Shown here in pieces: positions 10,051 through 19,627 of a DNA stretch of 63,671 nucleotides; position 1 is the first letter of the stretch, and each line of letters begins with the position of its first letter. The notes under the pieces were generated by a model. The model did not search any database. It was given only the letters and a program-made list of their open reading frames with translations, and was not told where the DNA came from. This stretch comes from Alphaproteobacteria bacterium (GTDB taxonomy: Bacteria; Pseudomonadota; Alphaproteobacteria; UBA11222). Position numbers and translations under genes: made by a program. The DNA lies in contig SHWM01000003.1 of the NCBI GenBank assembly GCA_009693835.1, positions 1-63,671 on the forward strand, in the 5' to 3' direction.

Positions 10051-13000
10051 TTAGGGAACCGGGGCAGGGGCCGCTTTAGCGTCCGGCGGTTTTGTTTCCT
10101 CGCCCGGGGCCACGACGTCGCCAAGATTAAATATCTGACGTAAAAATCCAGGCGTCAGCGCCGAAAGCGGGTTCACAAATATATCCGGATTGTCACTGGA
10201 CCCCGTGGCGCTGTAATTGATTGCGAAAACGCCCTCGTTTTTTCCTCCCAGCAGGACGTTTCCCAGTATCGGCACTTTTCCAAACACCGTATTGAGCGTG
10301 TAGGCCGGGATGACGGTGCCGTTCATGTCGACAGTGCTATTTGTATCATTCCTAGCGCCATGCAGGGTCAGGCCAATTTCTGATCCTGATCCATAGGCGT
10401 TCGTAATCGTCACTACGCCATTCCGGGTTTTGTATGGGATAAGAATGCGGTCAAAGGTCAGACCGCTTCCAGTTAGAACATCGCGGATACCGGTCAGGGA
10501 GGCCAGGGTCAGAATGCGCGTCAGGGCGGGGGCATTCACGACCTGCATGTTGCGTAGCCGGATTTCTCCCTGTAACGGCGCATCGTCCAGCGGCCCTCGC
10601 GGCTCCCCGTCATTGAACTCACCGGTCATTTCAAGATCGCCATTGACGCCGCTGTCAAACAGCGAGAGGCCATACAGGATTTTACCGGCGTCGAGAGAAA
10701 TCAGTGATAGGGTCCGGTTGCCGGAAGGCCCCGGATTCAGGCGCAGTGTAACGTTCCTGTTTGCGCCATAATTTCCATCCACATCAAGTCTGGTGAAGTC
10801 CCTTCCGTCAAAACTGCCGAGCGCGACGACATCATTCAGCACATTGCCGTCGCGTAACAATAGCTGACTGATATGGCCCTCAATCGTGTAGGCCATTTTT
10901 TTATCTGCTGGATCGGAGCTGGCGACGGATTTACGTAGTTCTGAGATGGACAGAGATAAATCCGCGCGCGTACCCTTGACCTTGATCGCGTAGACGCCGT
11001 CCCTGTTGCGCCGGGCCTCGCCCGACAGATCATTTGCCGCGCCCAGTTTTAGCCGGTCCATGCGGACAAATCCGGGCGGCCCGCCCGGTTCAAATACCAG
11101 GTGGCCGGCGATGTCTGTGTCTTTTCCCTTGATCGTGAACTTATCCAGAATGGCCCCGGTTTCGCCTCCGGACGGCAGGGTAAAATCAAAACTGATCGTG
11201 GCGGCCTGGTCCCTGGGTTTGCGCCAAGACAGGGCATTGGCGATCAGTTCCGCCTCTTTTGCATCCGCCCGCACACGGCCGCCCGAAATCCTTGTGCCGC
11301 GTCCCCAGGCTTCTGTTTGAAGAGCGACGGGCCCCGCAATCAGCCCTGCTGTTGGAAATCCAAGCGCCTCCAACTGATGCTCGTCCGCCTTCATGCTGAT
11401 CGTATAGGTGCTGGAAGGTCCATGCTTTGCGGTAAAATTCTCAACCCAGCTCAATTCAGCCGGAGCGTCCGTGAAGCGCCCAGTTCCGTTGACCTCCATC
11501 CCTTTGGCATTGATTTCCGCATGAATAGTGGCTTGTTCCAGAGCCACGCCATTCAGCAGATCAGGCATGCTAAAATTTTCGACGTCACTGGCCACCTGAA
11601 ACTGAACTTCATCCATGTGCATGCCATTTTTGACGGGCAGCTCCAGTTGCAACCGGGTGGCCGCATCGCCGCCGATGGCAGCCGGTTCGATGCCGTAACG
11701 GGAAGGATAACCCAGCGGCTTGAAATCGATCAGTTCCAGGGTCTTCGTCATGCTGCCCTTGAGCAGGAGATCTACCTTTCCGCTTTTTTCGGGCAGATGG
11801 GTGTTCGCCAGAATGAATTTCCCCTCGCCTAGATGCAGGGCGTCCAGTATGAGGCCCTCATCAAGGGTCAAGTCCAGTTTCCGGCCGGTGATAATGGCGT
11901 TGCCGCGACCCTGCGTAATCGGGGGCATGGGACGAAGATAATGCCCGGTGACGCCGCTAAACTGCAGGCTCAATTGTAAATCTTCGTCTTCAATGGGGCT
12001 ATTGCCAATTTTACCACTGGGTATATGCACGTCGAAATGTGCCGTTTCGATATTTCCCGTGTCCATATTTTCGAGGAACCAGTCACGCGACCTGCTGGCG
12101 AGCGGTATCGGCCACAGCTTTTTTACGGCTTCGACGCTGGCGCTACTTATGTCACCCTTCAAATTGATGGCCGGACTTGTCACGCCATACTCGGCGGCGC
12201 CCGCCGCGGTAATGACCAGCGGCCCCTGCTGTAACCGGACACGGCCAATCCGGATCATTCCATCCTTGAAAATGTAGCCAGCCTCGACTTCGATGCTGTC
12301 CACCTCAATCGGTTTGGGCCACAGATCGGGCTGGGCGATCTCGCCGGGCCCCGTGCGGACATTGGCGCTAAATCCCATCAGTGATCCATCGGCTGCGAGG
12401 TGCACACCGATCCGTCCGCTGAGGGGAATCCGGTAATTGGCGAGTTGCGCCAGGGGGGCTGCTTCATGGGCTAATCGAAATGGCTCGACACCGCTGAAAC
12501 TCACATCGATCTCGCTTGTTTGCGAAGCCCGGTCAAAATCTCCTGCAAATGAAAGCGCCCATGTCTGTTCTTCAATCTGGAGCCCGATGGCGGCCTGGCC
12601 CGTGATGCCATGTTGTGAACGTTCAAAGGAAAATTCAGCGTTGCTGGCCTGCCATTCTGTCCCCAGGCGCAGATCACGGTAAAGCAGATACACATCCCTG
12701 ATCGCCAGATGCTCCATTGCGCCCATGTTCCCGCCCTGACCGGGGGGTTCCAGCAAGGCGGCAAAGGCGCGTGACAATAATCTGGTAATATCTGGCGGGT
12801 CCGTGCGTTTCAGATCGTCCGGCGCGGCCGAAAGACCCAGCCGGAACGAGCCGTCCAGGAGCCGCACCAGTGAGACGGACGCACCGTCCAGTTCGATGGA
12901 GGTGGGTGCAATGCGCCCCAGCAGAAGGCCGCGCAGACTTAGACCGAGATCGAGGCGCGGGGCCTGCGCCACCAGATTTCCAGATTTTTCCCGGATCTGA

Positions 13001-13242
13001 ACCCGGGTGATGGTAATGCCCAGTTCAGGACGCAGATTTGTCCAGTCCAGTATGGGTTTATCGAATTCCCAGACATAACCGGGCGAGGCCGCGTCCAGCG
13101 TTTCCCTCAGATAGCTTCCCAGAAAGGCCAGGCTGACTGGGCCGCTCGCCAGGCGCGCCAAGCCCAGCGCGACGATCACAGTAGCGACACTCAATGCGGC
13201 CCCAAGGACTCGCATGATCATTGTGGTGGGTCGCTTAATCAA
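10051..13242 (-). CDS. large AsmA-like / YhdP-family (DUF3971-type) envelope protein
   Basis: 1063 aa with an N-terminal TM anchor (RVLGAALSVATVIVALGLA), a long beta-rich body, and a C-terminus ...GVFAINYSATGSSDNPDIFVNPLSALTPGFLRQIF typical of the AsmA_2/YhdP C-terminal region. The TTG start at 13242 has an ATG alternative at 13221. Confidence 0.7.
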   Translation of the reverse strand: MIKRPTTMIMRVLGAALSVATVIVALGLARLASGPVSLAFLGSYLRETLDAASPGYVWEFDKPILDWTNLRPELGITITRVQIREKSGNLVAQAPRLDLGLSLRGLLLGRIAPTSIELDGASVSLVRLLDGSFRLGLSAAPDDLKRTDPPDITRLLSRAFAALLEPPGQGGNMGAMEHLAIRDVYLLYRDLRLGTEWQASNAEFSFERSQHGITGQAAIGLQIEEQTWALSFAGDFDRASQTSEIDVSFSGVEPFRLAHEAAPLAQLANYRIPLSGRIGVHLAADGSLMGFSANVRTGPGEIAQPDLWPKPIEVDSIEVEAGYIFKDGMIRIGRVRLQQGPLVITAAGAAEYGVTSPAINLKGDISSASVEAVKKLWPIPLASRSRDWFLENMDTGNIETAHFDVHIPSGKIGNSPIEDEDLQLSLQFSGVTGHYLRPMPPITQGRGNAIITGRKLDLTLDEGLILDALHLGEGKFILANTHLPEKSGKVDLLLKGSMTKTLELIDFKPLGYPSRYGIEPAAIGGDAATRLQLELPVKNGMHMDEVQFQVASDVENFSMPDLLNGVALEQATIHAEINAKGMEVNGTGRFTDAPAELSWVENFTAKHGPSSTYTISMKADEHQLEALGFPTAGLIAGPVALQTEAWGRGTRISGGRVRADAKEAELIANALSWRKPRDQAATISFDFTLPSGGETGAILDKFTIKGKDTDIAGHLVFEPGGPPGFVRMDRLKLGAANDLSGEARRNRDGVYAIKVKGTRADLSLSISELRKSVASSDPADKKMAYTIEGHISQLLLRDGNVLNDVVALGSFDGRDFTRLDVDGNYGANRNVTLRLNPGPSGNRTLSLISLDAGKILYGLSLFDSGVNGDLEMTGEFNDGEPRGPLDDAPLQGEIRLRNMQVVNAPALTRILTLASLTGIRDVLTGSGLTFDRILIPYKTRNGVVTITNAYGSGSEIGLTLHGARNDTNSTVDMNGTVIPAYTLNTVFGKVPILGNVLLGGKNEGVFAINYSATGSSDNPDIFVNPLSALTPGFLRQIFNLGDVVAPGEETKPPDAKAAPAPVP

Positions 13243-13326
13243 TGGCTGGCTTCAATCCCGCCGCATTATCATTCACAGTCCACCTCGAATACTGGCATTA
13301 TCCCACACAGATTCTACAACGTACCG

Positions 13327-16320
13327 ATGCTAGACGGTCCCCGAATGCACCTCTTTCGCTTACTTGAAACTATCACAGATTCGAGAATTATGCCCCAGGC
13401 CTTTCAGCCGGAGCGGGCGGAGGCGTTCCTGCTGGATATGCAGCAGGCCGCCGATGATTGCGCGGGCGAAACGCCACGGAGAATTGGCGCTCTATTGAAG
13501 GATGAACGCGCGCGCGGGGTGCTGAAGGCGATTTTTGGCAATAGCCCGTTTCTGAGCCGAATGGCGCTGCGGGATCCGGAGTTTTTGTGCACCCTGATGC
13601 AGCATGGGCCGGACGCCACAATGAAAACAATTAACGAGGCCGTGGCTAATTGGGCGGCGGCGGACCTAGCGTCACCTGAACTAGCGCGGCGGTTACGGCT
13701 GCGGCGGGGACAGGCCGCGCTTACCATTGCGCTTTCCGATATCAGTGGCCTGTGGGACCTCGGCCAGGTGACCCGGGAACTGTCGGTTTTTGCTGAAGGG
13801 GTGTTGCGCGCCACTATCGACGCATTATTACGGGACGCTGCCAGGCGAGGCGAGATAGAACTGCAACATGAGGCGCATCCCTCATTGGGATGCGGGTATG
13901 TGATCCTTGCGATGGGCAAGCTCGGAGCGGGGGAGCTGAATTATTCGAGTGATATTGATCTGATTATTCTGTTTGATCCGGAGAGATGCGCCTATAGGGG
14001 AAAACTCGATCTGATCGACTATCAGGTGCGTTTCACCCGGAAACTGATCAGCCTGCTGCAGGACTTTACTGAGGACGGTTACGTCTTCCGTGTCGATTTG
14101 CGCCTGCGTCCCGATCCTTCGGCCACGCCGGTCGCGCTGTCCGTAGAGGCGGCTGAAAATTATTATGAAAGCGCTGGGAAGGGCTGGGAGCGGGCGGCGA
14201 TGATCAAGGCGCGTCCGGTGGCAGGCGATACAGAACTGGGAGACAGTTTTCTTAGGCGCATCAGCCCATTTGTGTGGCGCAAAAACCTTGATTATGCGGC
14301 CGTGCGTGATGTGTTCGAGATGATGGGGCTGATCCGCGCGCATCATGGTCATGCCGCAATAGAGATTCCCGGCCATAATATAAAAATTGGCGCGGGGGGG
14401 ATTCGCGAGATCGAGTTTTTTGCGCAAACCCATCAATTGATAGCCGGAGGGCGTGACCGCGCATTGCGTGATCCCACCACGTTAGGTGTTCTTTCGCTTC
14501 TGGTTGACAAGGGACAACTGGCGGCGGATGCGGGGCAAAAGCTGTGCGAGGCTTATATATTCCTGCGCACGCTCGAACATCGCCTGCAAATGATCGATGA
14601 TGAGCAGACCCAGACTCTTCCCCAACATCCGGAGGGTTTGCGGCACGTGGCCCTGTTCATGGGCTTTTCTGGCGCTGATCTGTTTTGTGAAACGCTTCGC
14701 AGTCATTTGGAATTTGCAGCCGCGCAATTTCTTAAACTGACCGGACCGGGTGAGGACCGCAAAACGGACGCCCATCAGGCTACGGATGATAGCGGTCCCG
14801 AAATTTCCGGGGACTCGCAATTGTTGGGTATGGGATTCAAAGACCCGGCGCGCGCCCGCGGCGTCATTGAAACCTGGCGCACCCATCGTTACCGGGCCCT
14901 GCGCAACCAGCGGGCAAAGGAACTGCTAGAAGTATTGCTCCCAAATATAGTGGCGGCGATGGCCCGCACCTCCGATCCCGACAGCGCGTTGTTGCGGTTT
15001 GACGAATTTCTGGCGAAAATGCCAGTTGGCGTGCAGTTACTCTCGCTATTTAACGCGCATTCCTGGCTACTGGAGCTTGTCGCGCTAATTATGGGTACCG
15101 CCCCGGCGCTTGCGGTGATCCTTGGCCATAGACCGGCATTGCTGGACGCATTTCTAACACCTGGTTTTCTTGTATCCTTTCCCGATTCTGATGAACTTGC
15201 AGAGGATCTGGATTATGCGCTGGAGCCCGCGCGCGATTTTCAGGATGTGCTGGACATTACCCGGCGTTGGGCGAATGAACGCAAATTCCAGACCGGGGTG
15301 CAGTTGCTTCAGAATGTCATGGATGGGGGCAGGGCGGGCCGCGCGTTCAGTGACGTAGCGGATACCCTGCTAAGGGCACTGTTGCCTCGCGTCGAGACAG
15401 AATTCGCTGAAAAATATGGATATGTACCAGGCGGGCGCATGGCGGTGGTGGCGATGGGCAAGCTCGGTGGCAGAGAACTCACCTTTACCTCGGATCTGGA
15501 TTTGATATTTATATACCAGGGATCAGAAGAACCTTCTGACGGCCAATCGCCGCTCAGCGCCGCCGCATATTTTGCGCGCCTCTGCCAGCGGGTCATTAAC
15601 GCGCTGACGGCGCCCACCGGCGAGGGCAGCCTTTATGAAGTGGATATGCGGTTGCGGCCCTCGGGCGGGCAGGGGCCTATCGCTGTCTCGGTCGAGGCGT
15701 TCCAGAAATATCATGGCGAATTGGCACAGACATGGGAGCACATGGCCTGGACGCGCGCTCGTGTTATTGCAGGGCCGGAAGGGCTAGTCCAGGAAGTGAA
15801 CGCCATTATGCGCGGATTTCTTTGCAGGGTGAGGGACCCGGCAATGCTGGCGCATGACGTTGCCCTGATGCGTGCGCGCATCGCGCGGGAATTTCACAGC
15901 ACAAATATTTGGGATTTCAAATATGTTCACGGCGGTATGATGGATGCGGATTTCATCATCGAGTATCTGCTGCTGCGCGAGGCGGGAGCGTTTCCTGAAA
16001 TTCTTTCCGGCAATACCCTTCTGGCCCTGCAACAGCTTGCGTCCCATGGACTTCTGGATAATATCACCGCCCACGACCTTGCCTCCGCGGTGCGCAAACT
16101 GCGCGACCTGCAGCAGATCGTCCGCTTATGCCTTGGAAATCGTACAGATGTGCGGAATGCGCCGGAAGCGTTTCAGAATTTAATGGCGCAACATCAGGAC
16201 GTACAAAATTATTCCGGGCTGGAGCAGCAGATTATGGAAAGCGAAGCGCGCATCCTTCAGATTTACAAACAGATCATCCTTTCGGCCGCAGGACTGGACG
16301 CGGAGCCGCTGGTTCCCTAA
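13327..16320 (+). CDS. glnE: bifunctional glutamine synthetase adenylyltransferase / adenylyl-removing enzyme
   Basis: 997 aa with two nucleotidyltransferase modules (...MGKLGAGELNYSSDIDLIILF...FRVDLRLRPD... and ...MGKLGGRELTFTSDLDLIFIY...YEVDMRLRPSG...). The start may be the downstream ATG at 13390. Confidence 0.9.
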   Translation: MLDGPRMHLFRLLETITDSRIMPQAFQPERAEAFLLDMQQAADDCAGETPRRIGALLKDERARGVLKAIFGNSPFLSRMALRDPEFLCTLMQHGPDATMKTINEAVANWAAADLASPELARRLRLRRGQAALTIALSDISGLWDLGQVTRELSVFAEGVLRATIDALLRDAARRGEIELQHEAHPSLGCGYVILAMGKLGAGELNYSSDIDLIILFDPERCAYRGKLDLIDYQVRFTRKLISLLQDFTEDGYVFRVDLRLRPDPSATPVALSVEAAENYYESAGKGWERAAMIKARPVAGDTELGDSFLRRISPFVWRKNLDYAAVRDVFEMMGLIRAHHGHAAIEIPGHNIKIGAGGIREIEFFAQTHQLIAGGRDRALRDPTTLGVLSLLVDKGQLAADAGQKLCEAYIFLRTLEHRLQMIDDEQTQTLPQHPEGLRHVALFMGFSGADLFCETLRSHLEFAAAQFLKLTGPGEDRKTDAHQATDDSGPEISGDSQLLGMGFKDPARARGVIETWRTHRYRALRNQRAKELLEVLLPNIVAAMARTSDPDSALLRFDEFLAKMPVGVQLLSLFNAHSWLLELVALIMGTAPALAVILGHRPALLDAFLTPGFLVSFPDSDELAEDLDYALEPARDFQDVLDITRRWANERKFQTGVQLLQNVMDGGRAGRAFSDVADTLLRALLPRVETEFAEKYGYVPGGRMAVVAMGKLGGRELTFTSDLDLIFIYQGSEEPSDGQSPLSAAAYFARLCQRVINALTAPTGEGSLYEVDMRLRPSGGQGPIAVSVEAFQKYHGELAQTWEHMAWTRARVIAGPEGLVQEVNAIMRGFLCRVRDPAMLAHDVALMRARIAREFHSTNIWDFKYVHGGMMDADFIIEYLLLREAGAFPEILSGNTLLALQQLASHGLLDNITAHDLASAVRKLRDLQQIVRLCLGNRTDVRNAPEAFQNLMAQHQDVQNYSGLEQQIMESEARILQIYKQIILSAAGLDAEPLVP

Positions 16321-16354
16321 TATTGCCCGGCATACCCAACAGAATGAGGCGGCA

Positions 16355-16816
16355 ATGCTGGAAGAAGGTCAAAAGGCGCCCCCCTTTCAACTCAAAACCG
16401 ATGGCGGCGGCGAAATAAGCCTGGCCAGCCTTAAGGGCAACATTGCAGTGGTCTATTTTTATCCGAAAGATGACACGCCGGGATGCACGAACGAGGCGAT
16501 CGCCTTTAGCGGCCTTAAGAAGCAATTCGATAAATATGGCGCTGTTCTTGTAGGGGTCTCAAAAGACAGTGTGCAGCGGCACAATAATTTCAAGAAAAAA
16601 TATGACCTTAAAATCCAGCTTGCCTCAGATGAAGAAGGAAAGATGGTTTCTGATTATGGCGTGTGGGTGAAGAAGGTAAATTATGGCCGGGAATATATGG
16701 GCATTGAACGCAGTACGTATCTGATTGACGCCAAAGGAGTGATTCGGAAAATCTGGCGCAAGGTGAAAGTCAAAGGGCATGCGGAACAGGTGCTGGAGGC
16801 GGCAATGGAACTGTAG
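16355..16816 (+). CDS. bcp: thioredoxin-dependent thiol peroxidase (peroxiredoxin Bcp)
   Basis: Contains GQKAPPFQLKTDGGGEISLASLKG..VVYFYPKDDTPGCTNEA, the canonical PxxxTxxC peroxidatic motif. Confidence 0.88.
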   Translation: MLEEGQKAPPFQLKTDGGGEISLASLKGNIAVVYFYPKDDTPGCTNEAIAFSGLKKQFDKYGAVLVGVSKDSVQRHNNFKKKYDLKIQLASDEEGKMVSDYGVWVKKVNYGREYMGIERSTYLIDAKGVIRKIWRKVKVKGHAEQVLEAAMEL

Positions 16817-17085
16817 TTGAAATTTTTAGATTTAATAATTTCACTCTGTCACCGAAAAATATTTTCTGAATAAAGTGGGTTGCGGCCCGTGAAGCGTCGC
16901 GGTGAAGAGCGGGTTTCGCGGGCAAACTATGTTGTGAAAAAAGCCAGATATTGTTATTTGTCCGGAATTTGAGGCAGATATGATGAATTTGCTGCAAACA
17001 AATGATAGACATCTCATCTGTATGAGGGTTCAATAGCCGCTGGATTGCGGGGGCGCCTGGTGTCCGGGCAGAGAGGGGGAGCGGG

Positions 17086-18387
17086 ATGTCTAACGGGATC
17101 GTTACGATCGTCGCTGGCCTGTCGGGCAAGCTATTTCCTGAACGGCAAATCTACCTGCGCAGTAATGGGCGTGTGCGCTATCTTAATCTGTCGCCTGCCG
17201 CGCAATTTATTTATGCCGTTATTTTTGTTTTTGCTTTTTCATGGATGTTCTTCGCAACGGTTAGCTTTGCCTACTATCATGGCGCGATGGCGGGTCGCAA
17301 TGCGCGCTATGATGAGTTAAGGCGCTCGCGCGATCTGCTGGCAGCCGAGTTGGCGCAGACGCGGAACAGGCTGCTTCAGGCAGGTCTCGCCGCAAATTCC
17401 GGCAAGCAGGATCAGGTGATCCATACGATTAATGAAATGGGTGCGGGATCCGGTATTCCCTCGGTGGCGGAAAATCCGCTGGTGGCGAACACGCGCGATG
17501 ACATTGCAGATCCCACACCCCGCCCAAGGCCTCGGACTCTGCTGGAGGAACCGGTCAGGGTGGGGCAGGATGTCAGGCCACGCATACGGCCGGCGCGTGC
17601 GATCATCAGCCTCCGTTCCGCCATGACTGTACTGGACGCCAGAACGGATTACAGTCCGCCGCATGGCTTGAGGCTGCTTTCCGGCCAGCCCGATGCACGC
17701 GAAGAGGTTCTGGCGCATCTCGCGGGGAACTCCAACACAGCCATCACGGTTATTGAAAAGCTGATTAATCAGACCGGCCTCGACGCAGACACGATTTTAC
17801 GCCGGCGGAATGCTTTGACACCAATGGATAACGTCGGGGAGGGGGGGCCCTTGCTTGCCCACCCACCTGTTATGACGGACAGATATCCAGGCCGCAACTC
17901 GCCGGGCGGCGTGTCCGGGCCCAATACCCGCAAGGGACGGCTGACAATGCTTCGGGAGGCGTTATTTAGTCTGCCTCTGGCGGAGCCAGTGGATAAATAT
18001 TACGTGTCAAGCGGATTTGGATATCGCCGTGATCCCTTCACCCACAGCCGCGCCTTTCATTCCGGGATGGACCTGGTGGCGGCCTATGGCGATCCGGTAT
18101 TATCCAGCGCCCCCGGCACTGTCATATTCGCCGAACGAAATGGCCCCTATGGCAATATGATTGAAGTGGATCATGGCCGGGGCGTAAAAAGCCGTTACGG
18201 TCATTTAAGCCGGATAAGTGTGAAAACAGGTCAGAAAATTGGGCTGCGCGACATTATAGGTTATGTAGGTAACACAGGCCGGAGCGGGACCGCGCATTTG
18301 CATTTCGAGGTATGGTTCGATGGCAAAGCCCGCGATCCACGCAATTTCCTGAAGGCTGGGGAAAATGTTTTTCAGCCGCAAGGATAA
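17086..18387 (+). CDS. membrane-anchored M23 family metallopeptidase (LmdC-like architecture)
   Basis: It has a short N-terminal cytoplasmic tail, a TM segment (FIYAVIFVFAFSWMFFATVSFAYY) and a coiled-coil stretch. The C-terminal M23/LytM domain reads ...HSGMDLVAAYGDPV...GNMIEVDHG...YGHLS...GNTGRSGTAHLHFEV. Confidence 0.85.
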   Translation: MSNGIVTIVAGLSGKLFPERQIYLRSNGRVRYLNLSPAAQFIYAVIFVFAFSWMFFATVSFAYYHGAMAGRNARYDELRRSRDLLAAELAQTRNRLLQAGLAANSGKQDQVIHTINEMGAGSGIPSVAENPLVANTRDDIADPTPRPRPRTLLEEPVRVGQDVRPRIRPARAIISLRSAMTVLDARTDYSPPHGLRLLSGQPDAREEVLAHLAGNSNTAITVIEKLINQTGLDADTILRRRNALTPMDNVGEGGPLLAHPPVMTDRYPGRNSPGGVSGPNTRKGRLTMLREALFSLPLAEPVDKYYVSSGFGYRRDPFTHSRAFHSGMDLVAAYGDPVLSSAPGTVIFAERNGPYGNMIEVDHGRGVKSRYGHLSRISVKTGQKIGLRDIIGYVGNTGRSGTAHLHFEVWFDGKARDPRNFLKAGENVFQPQG

Positions 18388-18820
18388 AAATTCGGGAAAC
18401 CATTCCCCAAGCCGCCGCCAGGGCAGGGAGCCTGTTTCCCTGATCAGCTCGGACTTGTCTGTGCGGGGCGATCTGATATCCCCAGGGGACTTGCAGATTG
18501 ATGGATTTGTCGAGGGCGATATTCAATGCCAGTCCCTGACCATTGGGCCATCTGCTACCGTGACTGGAAATGTTCTGGCCGAGGAAGTATTGATCCGCGG
18601 AACGTTGCACGGCGACATTGAGGCCCGTTCCGTGACACTTGGCAAAACCGCTCAGGTGAATGGCGATATCCTGCATGACACTATTGCTATCGAGGCAGGA
18701 GCGGTGCTTGAGGGCCATATCAGGGGACGAAACCGCGCGCTCAGCGACACGATGAATGCGCTGCCCCATGATGAAGGCATGACGATGCGGGCGGAAGTTC
18801 CCGATTCAGCGCGGCGTTAG
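18365..18820 (+). CDS. bactofilin (polymer-forming cytoskeletal protein, DUF583)
   Basis: It has the N-terminal MFFSRKDK tail and repeated beta-helix windings ...GDLQIDGFVEGDIQCQSLTIGPSATVTGNVLAEEVLIRGTLHGDIEARSVTLGKTAQVNGDILHDTIAIEAGAVLEGHI. Its start overlaps the M23 gene by 23 nt. Confidence 0.85.
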   Translation: MFFSRKDKNSGNHSPSRRQGREPVSLISSDLSVRGDLISPGDLQIDGFVEGDIQCQSLTIGPSATVTGNVLAEEVLIRGTLHGDIEARSVTLGKTAQVNGDILHDTIAIEAGAVLEGHIRGRNRALSDTMNALPHDEGMTMRAEVPDSARR

Positions 18821-18883
18821 GCCTGTTGGTACAAAACTTACATTCAACTGGAAGCATAAAGTGTTGATGGAGGCATTCTCCCG

Positions 18884-19531
18884 TTAGGAAGCGGCGGCCT
18901 GCCGTGATTCCGCAAAAGCCATATCGAGCGCCCTGAGCAGCAGCTCGGGTTCTTGCGCGCCGACAAGCAAATATTTGTTGGCGAGCACATAGGAAGGCAC
19001 GCCCTGAATGCCGATCCGTCGCGCCGTGGCGTCCTCGGCCAGGATCAAATCCCTGTCCGCGTCTCCCGCCAGAAGCCCGCCAATAATCCCGGTGTCCATT
19101 CCCGCTTCGCGCGCTATATCCAGCAGCACCGAATGGTCGCTTATATCGTCGCCGTCGGTAAAGTAACGGCGGAACATGATTTCAACCAGTTCCGGTTGAT
19201 GTCCTGTGCTATGCGACCAGCGGATCAGCCGATGCGCATCCTGCGTGTTCGGCGTCCGCGCAATACGGCTGAAGTTGAAGTCAATTCCAAGTTCCCGGCC
19301 CGCGTCGATCAGCGCTTTCATGATCGGGCTGGGGCCCTTCGATTCGCCAAACTTGCGGCGCATATGTTCCTTGCGGTCCATGCCTTCGCGCGGCATGTCG
19401 GGATTTAGCTGAAATACCCGGTAAGCCAGATCAATCTGCATCTGCGGCCGTGCAGCGATCGCGATTTCCATGCGTTTCTTGCCCACATAGCACCATGGGC
19501 ATATAGGATCCGAGATAATGTCGAGATGCAT
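18884..19531 (-). CDS. DsbA family oxidoreductase (FrnE/HCCA-isomerase-like thioredoxin fold)
   Basis: Contains MHLDIISDPICPWCYVGKKRME... with a CPWC active site, and ...GIQGVPSYVL... The start is taken at ATG 19531. Confidence 0.8.
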   Translation of the reverse strand: MHLDIISDPICPWCYVGKKRMEIAIAARPQMQIDLAYRVFQLNPDMPREGMDRKEHMRRKFGESKGPSPIMKALIDAGRELGIDFNFSRIARTPNTQDAHRLIRWSHSTGHQPELVEIMFRRYFTDGDDISDHSVLLDIAREAGMDTGIIGGLLAGDADRDLILAEDATARRIGIQGVPSYVLANKYLLVGAQEPELLLRALDMAFAESRQAAAS

Positions 19532-19627
19532 GTCATGAATCCCTTTTTGGAGAGAGCGGCGACCGCACAAGCCTGTAGGCTTTGAGCCTATCCCAATCCA
19601 GGGCCGGGTTTAACAAAAAAGTGGGGG

